From the NCBI RefSeq assembly GCF_030028105.1, contig NC_092398.1:28552424-28616423 (forward strand): 64,000 bases of DNA, in the 5' to 3' direction. Under the pieces are notes generated by a model, which was not told where the DNA came from, searched no databases, and saw only the letters and a program-made list of their open reading frames with translations. Position numbers and translations under genes: made by a program. Source of the DNA: Mobula birostris (Eukaryota). Below, in pieces: positions 1-11,642 of this stretch; position 1 is the first letter of the stretch; each line of letters starts with the position of its first letter.

Positions 1-1884
1 GTTAGTCATTCAGGGACCAACAGACATACATTTGGACCAGAATCTGGCCATTCAGCCCATTGAGTCTGCTTTGCCATTCCATTGTGGCTGACTTATTATA
101 TGTCTCAATCCCATTCTCCGGCCTTCTCCTCGTAACCTTTGACACCCTTGCTAATCAGGCCCCTGGTTTAAATATACTCAATGACTTGGTGTCCACAGCC
201 CCATCTGCGGCAATGGATTCCACAGATTCATCACCCTCTGGATAAAGAAATTCCTTTCAATATCCAATAGGTTTCAGTGAGATCTCTCGAACCCGCCCCC
301 CTGCCCCGCGGCTCCTAATTCTTCTAAACTCCAGCGAGAACAGGCCTAGAGCCATCAAATGTGCCTCGCACACTAATCCGTTCATTCCCAGGATAATTCC
401 TGTGAAGTTCCCCTGGATCCTCTCCAATGCCGGCACATCACTTCTTCGAGAAAAGGCCCAAGACAGTTCCATTTTCCCAGGCCAGACTTGCCTAATGCAA
501 GGGAGCATAACGTTAAAGTGACTGGAGATGTTAGGGTCAAAAACAGATGGTGTGTCCTAGCTATCGTTATACGCAAGCCAGGGCAGTACGATATGGGGAG
601 CAAGCTGTTACCCATGTAACAGGCTTCCCCTCTCTACGCAGCTGATGAATCCAAAGGAACGGCAGACGCCGATACCGTCAGGCATCAGCAGCACCGCAGG
701 CGTTGCCAGTCAGTGCTGAAATCAACGTCGGACTGTCTTACGGACTCCAGCTCTGGATTTTCCCCTTGGGGTTTACTCCCCATGAGTGGGTATAGCCCCA
801 AGGCATCAGAGGTTTGAGATCAGAGTTTTCCTTCTCCTATACCAGCTTCCAATGTCGGCCGATGAACCCCATCTGCCTGATGCAGAGGTAGTTTTTTAAA
901 CACAGACTATGTGGGTATGTGGAACACCCTGCCAGGGGCAATGGGAGAGGAAAATTCCTTAAAGACATTTAAGGAACTCAGATGGATGATAGAAAAATGG
1001 AGGGTTACATTGGAGAGAAGAGTTAGATTGATCTTAGAGTAGGTTAAAACCTTGCCACAACATTGAAGGTCGAAGGACCTGTTCTGTTCTAAGTTCCATT
1101 TTCTATGTAAAGATGCTCACGATACTCCAGTTGTGGTCTGACCAATGCAGATTCAGGTATTGGTCAGATGACACTTGGAGTATCCAGGGAGCCTGAGTTC
1201 GATCCGGACCTGGGGTGCTACCTATGTGGAGTTTGCAAGCTCCCCCTGTGAACACGTGGGCTTCTGCAGGATTCTCCAGAGTCATCTCCATGTCCCCAAG
1301 CTGTGTTCGGAGATTAACGAGCCAATGTAGGGTCAAGGATCAATATTATTCACCATAGGAATCCGTTAGTCTCGTGAGACCATGGATTTGCGCCTTGGAA
1401 GGTCTCCAGGGTGCAGGCCTGGGCAAGGTTGTATGGAAGACTGGCAGTTGCCCATGCTGCAAGTCTCCCCTCTCCACACCACCGATGTTGTCCAAGGGAA
1501 GGACAAGGGCTGATACAGCTTGGCACCAGTGTCGTCGCAGAGCAATGTGTGGTTAAGTGCCTTGCTCAGGGACACAACATAAATACATAAATATCAGCAT
1601 GCATTTACAGTGTAAACAGCATTATAAAATTGGTTTGAAGTGTTTACCGGGCGATGATGAAGTAATAGATAGAGGGGGTGGGGGAGGTAACTAGAATGGT
1701 CGATCAGATTAACTGCCTGGGGGAAGAAACTTTTAAGATGGTGTGAACGCTTTGTTTTAATAACCCTAGAGCGCTTTCCACAAGAATAAATTAGTGTTTT
1801 ATTTCTATTCTGACATGTTCCAGCACCTGTCCAATGAACTTCGCTAATTCCCATGATATTAATCTTTAAACAGGAGGAAATCTG

Positions 1885-2025
1885 CAGATGCTGGAATTTT
1901 GAGCAACACACATAAAAGTTGCCGGTGAACGCAGCAGGCCAGGCAGCATCTATTGGAAGAGGTACAGTCGATGTTTCGGGCCGAGACCCTTCGTCAGGAC
2001 CCTTCGTTAGTCCTGACTTCGTTAG
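1885..2025 (-). mobile_element. Penelope-like element end with hammerhead motif
   Basis: Same block as the copies at 19.6, 26.2, 46.2, 62.3 and 62.8 kb. Minus strand has CTGACGA-AGGGTCTCGGCCC-GAAAC. Confidence 0.8.
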
Positions 2026-2048
2026 TCTATCAATTGCAAAAAGACAGA

Positions 2049-2715
2049 ATGTATGGTGATATCCAAAAAGAAGGAGAACTCTGTCTGCAGACTGAGAATA
2101 AACGGGGAGGACATAAAACAAGTAAAGAACTTTTGCTACTTAGGAAGCTGGGTGACATCAGATGGCAGGTGCGACATGGACATCAAAAGAAGAATAGGGA
2201 TGGCAAAAGACACCTTTACGAGAATGAAGAGTATACTGACCAACACTAAACTAGGCATGACAACCGGCTTCAGAGCACTGAAATGTTACGTTTATCCAGT
2301 TACGTTATGTGACTCAGAATGTTGGACAATATCTAGTAACATGAAGAAATGAATTGTAGCAGAAGAGATGTGGTTTTTGAGGAGGATGCAAAGAATATCA
2401 TGGACAAAATGGATATCTAACGAGATGTCATGAACAGAGCAAACACAAAAAGAGGAATAATGTATGTGATCATGAAAAGGCAAGGTGCCTTCATTGTACA
2501 TGTGATTAGGAAAGAGGAGTTAGAATGCATGGTAATTATGGGAAAGATTGAAGAGAAGAAAGCAAGAGGAAGGCAAAGACAAATGATGATGGAGACAGCA
2601 GCCAGAGAGCTGGAAATGAATACCAATGAATTGATCCACTTGACCCGAAACAGGAGCGTGTGGGGCCATGGCAGTCAAAGCTCAAACTGGGCATGGCACC
2701 TGATGATGATGATGA
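2049..2715 (+). mobile_element. RTE-clade LINE, 5'-truncated 3' end
   Basis: FCYLGSWVTSDGRCDMDIKRRIGMAK RT C-terminal region and a (GAT)n tail at ~2701; near-identical to 58610-59285. Confidence 0.85.
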
Positions 2716-5450
2716 GAGCGCTTTCCAGAGGGGAGGGTCCGCGAGGATTTTTCCTGCACACTTCTTTGTCCTGGACACACACAAGTCCTGCAGTGATGGT
2801 AAACTGCAGCCAATGCAGGGCACTGCCCTCACAGTTCGCTGTAGTTGTTCTTTACTGTGCGAGGATACAGTGAGATGATTGCTGGTTTCTTAGGAGGTTA
2901 AGAAAACTCTGCTTGTCACTGACCATCCTAACTTCTGTCGAGAGTGTCCTGGCTGGTTACATCACGGCTTCCATGCGCAAGAATAGAAGGAGCTGCAGAG
3001 ATTAGTGGACTCAAGCCAATGCATCACAGGCCCACCCCTTCTCACCATCAGTAGTGTTTGCCTCAGGAAAGCAACATCAAAGATTGCTGACCACTCAGGG
3101 CCACACCATCACTGCGCAGCTCCCATCGGTACTGGAGCCTGAAGTCCCACCCCACCAGGTTCAGAAACAACGACTTCCCTTCAACCATTCGGTTCTGCAA
3201 CTGACTGGCACAACTCTGATCACCACCTCGGTACAGTAACTGACCTTGATTACCGCTGGATCATGGTGTAGAAATATCTCTATTTTTCCCTTTCAGGGTT
3301 CTTTTGAAGACGCTGACCCGAAGTTACACGCTGACTTCGGTTCTTTGCGGGAATGGAACCCGCTCCCGGGGTCTCACGACTGGCCGCTATTCGATATGCC
3401 AAGGACGCGGCCTAGAAGACTCGCGAGCCTTCAGGGTTCCGGGATTTCATGGCTCTGCAGGCGGGCGGACTCGAGGTCAGTGCCTCAGCGGGAAATTGGT
3501 GTGTCATAGGAGCACACAGAAGATCGAAAGCAGAGAGCTGGCTGCTGGCTGTGTGCCCAGAGACCCGAGCTCTTTGGGCACAGAGCTCGGAAAAAGCGAC
3601 GCAACAGACTTTTAACACCATAAATCAGCGAGTGGCTTTGTTATGTCTCCCCTCTCGCTGTGAAACGGGGACATCTCTTTTTCCCTTATTAGGGAGAGAG
3701 AGAGAGCCTGTGGTATGTTGAATACCGGGTGAAGGAGTAGTCTTTGGGCTACTACAAGTCTGTCTCTTTATTGATGCTTTGCTGCTGCTTGTGCGTAGGA
3801 GGGGGAGCTGGGGGGGGCGGCTTTGGGGTTCCTCTGTTATCGTGGATGTTTGTGAAGAAAAAGGATTTCAGGATGTATATTGTATACATTTCTCTGCCAT
3901 TAAATGTATATTTGAGAATTGCTACCTTTCTTGTATTTCCCTTGTAGTTTAACATTCTTGAGCTTGCCTTTTACATAATCACCTGATCAGTGATTTTTCC
4001 AGCAATTACGGTATAGTGTTTCTCTATTTTTCTGGAAGCTTCCTATTTTGTCATGCCACTTGAATCCAGCTATTTATAGGTTGTTATCTCCAGACTGAGT
4101 ATGTCCTTTGTTCTATGGAATGCTGAAAGGCCTCGACAGAGTGGGTGTGGAGAGGGTGTTTCCAATGGTGGGGAGAGTCTAAGACCAGAGCACACAGTTT
4201 CAGATTGGAGGGGCGTCCTTTTTGAACGGAGATGTGGAGCAATTTCTTTAGCCAGAGAGTGGTGAGTCTGTGGAATTTTTTGCCACAGATGGCTGTGGAG
4301 ACAAAGTCATCGGGTGTGTTTAAGGCAGAGGTTGATAGGTTCTTGATTAGTCAGGGCATGAAGACAGGAGACTGGGGCTGAGAGGGAAATGGATCGGCCA
4401 TGGGGAAATGGCGGAGCAGACTCGATGGGCCAAATGGCCTAATTCTGCTCCAATATCTTATGGTCTTTATTAAGTACACCCGCTTGATAATATAAATATC
4501 TAATCAGCCAATCACGTGGCAGCAGCTCACTGCATTAAAAAGTATTTTTCGTAAAAGAGTTTCAACACACTGACTGCTTTTCAAGATACTTTTTCGAACG
4601 AGCTAGTGTAAGTTTCCTTCTGTCCCGTTACACTGAAGGACTTTGAGTCAAGGCAAACTATTTATTTGACTTTACCAGGGGTGACAAAAGGGTGTTGCAG
4701 GGTTGCCAGGGCTCCCTAGTTGTAAAGGAGAAAAGCTCAGATTGGATTATTTTCAGATGAAAAGCAAGGGTGTAATGTTCAAGCTTTAGAAGGCATTGGT
4801 CAGACCACACTTGGAGCATTGTGAACAGTTTTAGGTCCCTTATGTGTTGGCATTAGAGAAGGTCGAGAGGAGAATGGTCCTGGGAATGAAAGGGTTAATA
4901 GATGAGGAGCATTTGATAGCTCAGGCATGTACTTGCTGGTGGTTAGGAGAATGATGGGGGATTCTCAGTAAACCTATTGAATATTGAAAGGCTGAGATAA
5001 TGGATATAAAGAAGGTGTTTCCAATGGTGCGGGAGTCTAGAACCAGAGAGCATATAAGAAAAGGGACACTTTAGAACAGAGATGGATAGAATTTCTTTAG
5101 GCAGAGGACGATGAATCTGCAGAATTCATTGCCACAGATGACCGTGGAGGCTGAGTCACTGGGTAGATTTAAAGTGGAGGTTGTTGTTTAGTAATGGCAT
5201 TAAAGGTTAGGAGGAGGAGGCAGGAGAATGGGGTTGAGAGAGTAATAAAAAGACCAATCGAATGGCAGAGAAAATCCGATGGGCTGAATGGCCAATTAGT
5301 GTTAAATCAGCCATCTTTGTATGGAGACTCAATGGGCCCAATTCTGCTCCTCTGTCTTACAGTCTTATTGCCACCACTAAGCCAACTATGTAAAGCAAGT
5401 CCCTTCAACATCAATAAGTTCCAAGTTACCCCCACTGACAAAGCACTCAC

Positions 5451-5511
5451 CAATTTCCTCTCCCGTTGCCATGGGCAATAGCAGGGCCATTAAGAAGCCG
5501 AATAGGTCCAT
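5451..5511 (-). CDS. Leader (signal peptide) exon of a divergently oriented gene; candidate MHC W-category alpha chain (WA) exon 1
   Basis: Minus strand reads ATG GAC CTA TTC GGC TTC TTA ATG GCC CTG CTA TTG CCC ATG GCA ACG GGA GAG GAA ATT G|gtgagt = MDLFGFLMALLLPMATG-EEI. It has a hydrophobic core, an A-x-G cleavage-type motif, a consensus donor and phase 1, and sits in non-repeat DNA. WA identity is inferred only from its head-to-head position. Confidence 0.6.
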
Positions 5512-5929
5512 GTCTGCGGATGGCTCCTCTCTCCAGGAGCAATAAAAAGATGTGAACTGGGACTGTCCTGTTTATGAACGGGGCTTAGATTTTTGCTGGC
5601 TACATAATTCAACTCCGCTGCTAGCGTGTCGATTTCATGAGTAACATTAACTTGACAGCTACAGTAACAATCCTCAACTGGCAGCGGTTAAGTTCTCAAA
5701 CCGGTTCTTCAGGAAGTAGCACGTTTAAACATGCTTTCAGGAAATTTTAGAGAACACAGATCAGAGCAGTTATTGAAAGTGGGGATTTTGGCAAGTTAAA
5801 GTGTTTTGTGAAGTCTGCCCGCAGTTGTGTTTGGATTTACTTCACAGGATGGCTGATCTTGTCACGGAATTAAATCATGCCACATTCCAATTGACTTATC
5901 ACGTGTGCATTGAAACATTACTCAATGGC

Positions 5930-6290
5930 TACTTTATTAGATACCTGCTAAAGTGTTTGTTTGTGGTCTTCTGCTGATGTTGCCCACCCTCTTCAAGGTT
6001 TGACATGTTGTGCGTTTAGAGATGCTCTTCAGCACACCACTGTTGTAACGCGTGGTTATTTGAGTTGCTGTCGCCTTCCTGTCAGCTTGAACCAGTCTGG
6101 CCATTCTCCTCTGACCTCTCTCATTAACGAGGCGCTTTCGCCCACCGAGCTGCCGCTCTATGGATTTCGTTTTGTTTATCACACCGTTCTCTGTTAACTC
6201 TAGAGACAGTTGTGCATGAAAATCCCAGGAGATCAGCAGTCTTTGAGATACCCAAATCGTAACCATCTGGCACCAACGGTCATTCCACAG
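5930..6290 (-). mobile_element. Tc1-like transposon fragment
   Basis: RMARLVQADRKATATQITTRYNSG is a Tc1 HTH region; homologous copy at ~24370-24690. Confidence 0.75.
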
Positions 6291-7555
6291 TCAAGTAGTA
6301 ATTTAGATTACATGTATTTCGAGATCGGCCCTTCCTGCCCTTTCGAGCCGCACCACCCAGCAACCCCCGATTTAACTCTGGCCTAATCGCAGGATAATTT
6401 ACAATGGCCAATTAACCTACTGACCAGTAGGTCTTCTGACTGTGGGAGGTAACCAGAGCATTGGGAGGAAGCCCACATGGTCACGGCGAGAATGTACCTT
6501 ACCAGCAGCGGCGGAAATTGAACCTGGGTCGCTGGTACCGTAAAGTGTTGTGGAGGCAGACTTCTTCCTCTGAGTTTGGGCGAGACTAGAATTAGATATC
6601 GTGAGCTGCAGGTTGAAACGTTTAAGTGGAACGAGGGGCGGATCCTCTTCACTCAGAGGGTGGTGAAAGTGTGGAACGATCTGCCAGCAGGAGTGGTGGG
6701 CGTGGGTTTGGTTGCAACACTTGGGAAATTTGGGTGGGTACATGGACGGCAGGAGTAATGGAGGGCCAAGGTCCAGGTGCAGGTTGATTGGGCTAGGCAG
6801 AATAACAGCTCGGCTTGGACTAGATGGGCCAAAGGGCCTATTTCTGTACTGGATGACCACCCGTCATCCAGAACATCCTCAAGAGGTGGTGCCTCAAGAA
6901 GTTGGCATCTGTTGCCACTCTCTGGGACGTGCCCTTTTCTTGTTCATACCATTGGGGAGGAGATACAGGAGCTGACAACACACACTCAATGATTCACAAA
7001 CTTCTTCCCCTCTGTCACTGGAGTTCTGAATGGACATTGAACCCGTGAGCAGCACCTCATTATTCCCTTGTCTGGTTTTTGCACCAGGGACGGTGGTAGA
7101 GTCAGATACATGAGGAACCTTTAACACAAAGACACATGGATAAAAGAAACATGGAGGGGCGCGTGGGAGGAAAGGGTTAGATTGATCTTGGAGGGTTTGT
7201 GAGGTCAACCCAACAATGTTCACAGTACATTTATTATCAAAGTATCTATACTTTATACAACCTTGAGATTCGTCTCCTTATATGCAACCACAAAACAAAG
7301 AGACCCAAAAAAACAAATTTAGAGCAAAAGACCGACAAACACCCAATGTGGTGAGAGAATAAAAATAACAAATTATGCAAACAACAAAAGTAAGTAAATA
7401 GCATTTAGGATGAAAGCGAGTTCTCAGAGACGACGCCCAGCCATTTAGCCCATCGAGTCTACTTTGTCAGTCAATCCTAGCTAATTTAGCACGCCTCTCA
7501 ACCCCGTTCCCCTGCCTTCTTTAATGCCCTTATCGATTGAGAACTTATCCAACTC

Positions 7556-7735
7556 GGCACGGTAGTGTAGCGGTTAGCGTGACACTTTACAGAACCAGCG
7601 ACCTGGGTTCAATTCGCACTACTGTCTGTAAGGAGTTTGTACGTTCTCCCCGTGACTGCGTGGGTTTCCTCTGGGTGCTCTGGTTACCTCCCACCATCCA
7701 AAGATGCACCGGTTGGTAGCTTGGTTGGTCATTGG
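7556..7735 (+). mobile_element. tRNA-derived V-SINE (HE1-like)
   Basis: tRNA-like head followed by the V-domain-type core GTTCTCCCCGTGACTGCGTGGGTTTCCTCTGGGTGCTC. Related copies at ~1170-1330, 6400-6540(-), 8350-8540(-), 14470-14690 and 35470-35650(-). Confidence 0.75.
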
Positions 7736-8638
7736 GCTAGGATTAAGTCATGGGGCTACAGGATGGAGTGGCTTGAGGGCCAGAAAAGCCTGTTCCACTC
7801 TGAATTTCAACCTCCGATTAAAAATTACATATCAGCCTCCGCTTTAAATGACTGTATGTGGCAACAAATTCCACAGATTTACCACCCTCCAGCTAAACCA
7901 AATCCTCCTCAACTCTGTTCTAAAGGGGTGTCCTTCTATTCTGTGAACCTAGACTTCCCTCCCCCACCCCGACATTGGAAACATGCTCTCCACGTCCACT
8001 CTGTCTAGGCCTTTTAATATTTGGTAGGTTTCAATGAGACCCCCCTCATTCTTCTAAACTCCAGCAAGTGCAGGCCCAAAGCCATCGAGCGCTCCTCGTG
8101 GTTAACCCTTGCAATCCCAGGATCATTCTCGTGAACGTCCTCTGGACCCTCTCCAAGGCCAGCACATCCTTCCTTAAATAAGGGACCCAAAACTGCAAGT
8201 TCGGTCTGACCAGTGCCTGGTAAAGCGTCAGCATTACATTCTTCCTTTAATATTCTAGTCCTCTCGAAATGAATGAATGAACTATTATTATTGAGATACA
8301 GTGTGGAATATACTGCTCATGAACCCCCATATTTCATCCTACCCTAATCACAGGACAATCTACAAAGACCAATTAACCTACCAACTGGAAAGCCTTTGCA
8401 ACGTGGCAAGGAATTGGAGCATCCAGAGGAAAATCACACGGTCTCGGGTAGAATGCACGAACGCCTTACTGGCAACAACGGGAATCGAACCTGGGTCACC
8501 TATACTGTAAAGTGTTTTGCTAACCACTACGCTACCAGGCTGTGTATGTAACACACATTTTCCTTCCTCACCCTGCAAGTTAACGTTTAGGGAACATCTA
8601 ATTTCTGAATTTGCTCTCACCGTTTAGAAAATAGTCTA

Positions 8639-9143
8639 CGAAGCGTGATTGATAAGTTCGTGGCTAGAAGGAGAAAATTTTAGAAAACTTAGCACATTCA
8701 TTTTTCCTACACTTACACACTTAGTCCAGCGGCCGTGGAGCATACGGATCCCTTCTTTGTAGAAGTCGGCGTCTTGGACCTCCAGAAAGTGGTCCACAGC
8801 AGGGATCATTGATAAGTTCATGGCCTAAGGTAGAAGGAGATGAGTTATTAACTTCAAACTTTCTGCATAATCACTCAAAGAGTTGAGCTGCACATGCATG
8901 TAACGAGAGCTGTATAACTCATCTCCTTCTACCCCAGGCCGCAAACTTATCAATCACCCCTGCTGTGGACCATTTTCTGGAGGTTCGAGACGCCGATTTC
9001 TACAAAGAAGGGATCCGTATGCTCCACGACCGCTGGACTAAGTGTGTACGTGTAGAAGGGGACTATGTTGAAAGATAAATGTGCTAGGTTTTCTAAAATT
9101 GACTCCTTCTACCTTAGGCCACAGACTTATCAATCCCTCCTCG
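8639..9143 (+). mobile_element. Non-autonomous mariner element
   Basis: TA-flanked inverted ends CGAAGCGTGATTGATAAGTT / ACTTATCAATCCCTCCTCG. Internal remnant FYKEGIRMLHDRWTKCVRVEGDYVEK is the mariner transposase C-terminus. Confidence 0.85.
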
Positions 9144-9485
9144 TATGTCTTTATTCCTTCTGCCAAAGTGCAGGACCATACACTTCACTAGGCTATATTT
9201 CAGCTGCCTCTTCTTTGCAACCTCCACTTTATATATACCCGATCCTGGAACATTTTAGGCACAGAACGCCAGATAGAAGTATACAAAGGAAAGGAAATAA
9301 ACACTTGAAGTCATTAGGAGACAAGCAGGAGGCTGGTACAGCCTGCTCCCGGGGGGTGGAGTCAGGTGAAGTCCAAGGAATCCAGAACAGGTTTGCTCAG
9401 TACAATTGCTCAGCTGGTCCACCTCACTTCAAATACTCACCTGTTTCACTCAGACGCATCAGAGAGCCCACTATTGCCTCCAAAG

Positions 9486-9558
9486 ATGAGTGTTTGCTGC
9501 AGGTTGGCCTTCGCGGCTCTCCTAGCTGAAGTGGTCTCTGTCGCGGCCATCCAGAGCG
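9486..9558 (+). CDS. MHC beta-type chain (candidate W-category WB), exon 1: leader
   Basis: caaagATG start, MSVCCRLAFAALLAEVVSVAAIQS, then G|gtaagt donor; 73 nt, phase 1, joins in frame to 11370. Confidence 0.85.
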
Positions 9559-10339
9559 GTAAGTTGGCTCAAGTCCTCTGGCACGCCACCGGACTGTCTG
9601 CCCGTAGGTCTGCACCTCGGACCGTCTCCTAGCACAGGCTGCGAGGAGAATTGGGGAGCTCTGAGCCACACCAGATTGGAGGCGGGGGGCAGGGGATTGG
9701 TTAGAAGCTGTTCAAAGTTAGGAGAGACTTTGATAATGTTCATGGTGGGAAGCTGTTCTCACAACCCGGTGATTCAGTCAGAAAGAAACAGGGAAAGGTA
9801 AACTAGAAACTGGTAAAGAAAAAAAAACATGATTCTATATTGTCTCTCTTTTAAACCAGATTTCTGGAGACAGATAGACAGGAAGGGTAACACACACAAA
9901 GAACTCAGATGATTAAGATGGCGCAGGCGGCAATTCGCGGGCGGCTCAGAAAACTTCTAGATATACAGTGTTTCTTCTGAAGTGTTATCGCTGCAGTCTG
10001 CAGCCTGTAATTTCTTTTTTAGGTTGTTAGTTGTTTTGTTTTGCATTTGCAGTTTACCTTCTTTGCCTGTCTTTAGCTTGTGTATAGTTTTTCATTGATT
10101 CCTTTGTGTTTGACTGTGAATGCCCGCAAGGAAATGAATCTCAGGGTGGTACGACATAGATGTACTTTGATAAATAACTTACTTTGACGTCTGGTGGAGA
10201 GAAATAACCTGTTGATGTATCAGGCTGTGACGATGACAACAGTGAGTGAGTGTGTGTGTGTGTGTGTGTGTACAGGGTCTGCATTTCCAGTACCTACAGG
10301 GTCTCGTGTCAGGAAGGGTCCTCACAAAGATCTCACTCT

Positions 10340-11330
10340 GGGTATAATGGTGCCCGTGGCCTGTACAGGCCCACCCTCTGGGTAAAATGATCTCCGTGGT
10401 GTGTACAGACGCACCCCCTGGGTAAGACGATCCCCATGGGGTGCAGACATCCCACCCTGCATAAACTGATTTCAGAGAGGTAGCATCATCAATTTGCGGG
10501 AGACTCCCGGGAGAGGTGGGATGTCTGCAATAGAGTAGCTCCTTAGCAGCCAGCCAGCTAGTTTAAATAACGTTAGCTATGCTAATGAACGAATGACACC
10601 TGTTAAACTCACCTCAACATGTCTTTTACGGTCTTAACCCACCATGGGCAATAGAAAAGTCACTGTTGCAAACAGTGCAGCGAGCAACACTGTCATTATT
10701 TTTGACCCCTATTAGGCAGGGGTACACTTTAGTGTAGTCTGGGGTGACGTACGTTTTATATTTTCTTTTCTTTGGAATACTCTGCCATGGCGCGCTCTCG
10801 CTCTCTCCCGCCCTCGCTCGTGCGCTCTCACTTGCTTTCTCTCGTGCGCTCTCTCTCTCGCTCACTCTCAAAAAAATTGATTTCTGTGATATTGTATATA
10901 ATTTGCGGGCATCAGGGAGCCATTATTCATATGCGGGAGACTCCCGGAACTTCCGGGAGAGGTGGGATGTCTGGGTGTGTACAGACCCACCCTCTAGGTA
11001 AAACTATACCCGTGAAATATACAGGCCCACCCTCCGGGTAAAACGATCCCTGTGGTGTGTACAGGCCCATCCTCTGGGTAAAACGATCCCTGTGGTGTGT
11101 ACAGGCCCATCCTCTGGGTAAAACGATCCCTGTGGTGTGTACAGACACACCCTCTGGGTAAAACGATACCCATGAAATATACAGGTCCACCCTCTGGGTA
11201 AAATGATACCCGTGAAATATACAGGCCCATCCTCTGGATAAAACGATCCCTGTGGTGTGTACAGGCCCACCCTCTGGGTAAGACGATACCCATGAAATAT
11301 ACAGGCCCACCCTCTGGGTAAAACGATGAT
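10340..11330. repeat. 40-bp minisatellite in intron 1, interrupted by a MITE
   Basis: Unit cctctgggtaaaacgatccctgtggtgtgtacaggcccat, with an alternative catgaaatat/cgtgaaatat variant. Confidence 0.95.
10444..10973. mobile_element. MITE-like DNA transposon inside the minisatellite
   Basis: 13-bp TIR CAGACATCCCACC (10444) / GGTGGGATGTCTG (10961-10973), plus an extra internal right-end copy at ~10516. TSD not clearly resolved. Confidence 0.7.
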
Positions 11331-11369
11331 GCGAAGTGTCTAACAATGGGTTGTTATCACTTCTTTTAG

Positions 11370-11642
11370 ATATGCACCTCTTTCACGTCCAGTGTGAGTG
11401 TCTCTTCCGTGGCCTTGAAGTGGACGACATACGCTTACGTTACGCCTATGATGGTGTTACTATCATGTACTACAACATGGAAATTAAGAGGTATGTTGCA
11501 GCCCAGCCCATGGCGCAGGCTGAGGTAGACAGGCGGAACTCGGAGCACGACTATGTTACATTGGTGCCTCACCGAATTGAGAGCATCTGCAATGAGATCA
11601 AACAGGCGGTCAGATCAAGCAACATCACCCTGGAAAACATGG
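11370..11642 (+). CDS. Candidate WB exon 2: membrane-distal beta1 (class I alpha2-like) domain
   Basis: ttcttttag acceptor, G|gtaaga donor, 273 nt, phase 1/1. DMHLFHVQCEC...RYAYDG...YVAAQPMAQAEVDRRNS...ICNEIK...NIT. Cys pair at domain positions 11 and 74, as in MHC beta1/alpha2 domains. Confidence 0.92.

Noticed and set aside
1-5450. alpha1/alpha2/TM exons of the minus-strand partner gene
   Set aside because: The region resolves into LINE, SINE, Penelope and Tc1 fragments with no MHC motifs in the frames I examined; the exons probably lie outside the window.
5465-5479. RFX/X-box-like palindrome GTTGCCATGGGCAAT
   Set aside because: It lies within the coding leader (LPMAT codons), so it is explained by coding sequence.
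9435-9459. Minus-strand ATG plus consensus donor (MRLSET, CAG|gtgagt) in the WB promoter
   Set aside because: Only 6 codons, not a signal peptide, and no linked downstream exon; the 5451-5511 exon is a much better divergent first exon.
10927-11346. Repetitive ORFs (GIVLPRGW...) and a CRISPR-like look of the 40-bp array
   Set aside because: Contiguous tandem units without unique spacers in a eukaryotic intron; the ORFs are by-products of the repeat.
9559-11369. A class I alpha1 exon in intron 1, which would make the gene an ordinary class I heavy chain
   Set aside because: The intron holds short unique DNA, microsatellite, minisatellite and a MITE; I found no ~270-nt phase-1 exon with alpha1 motifs.
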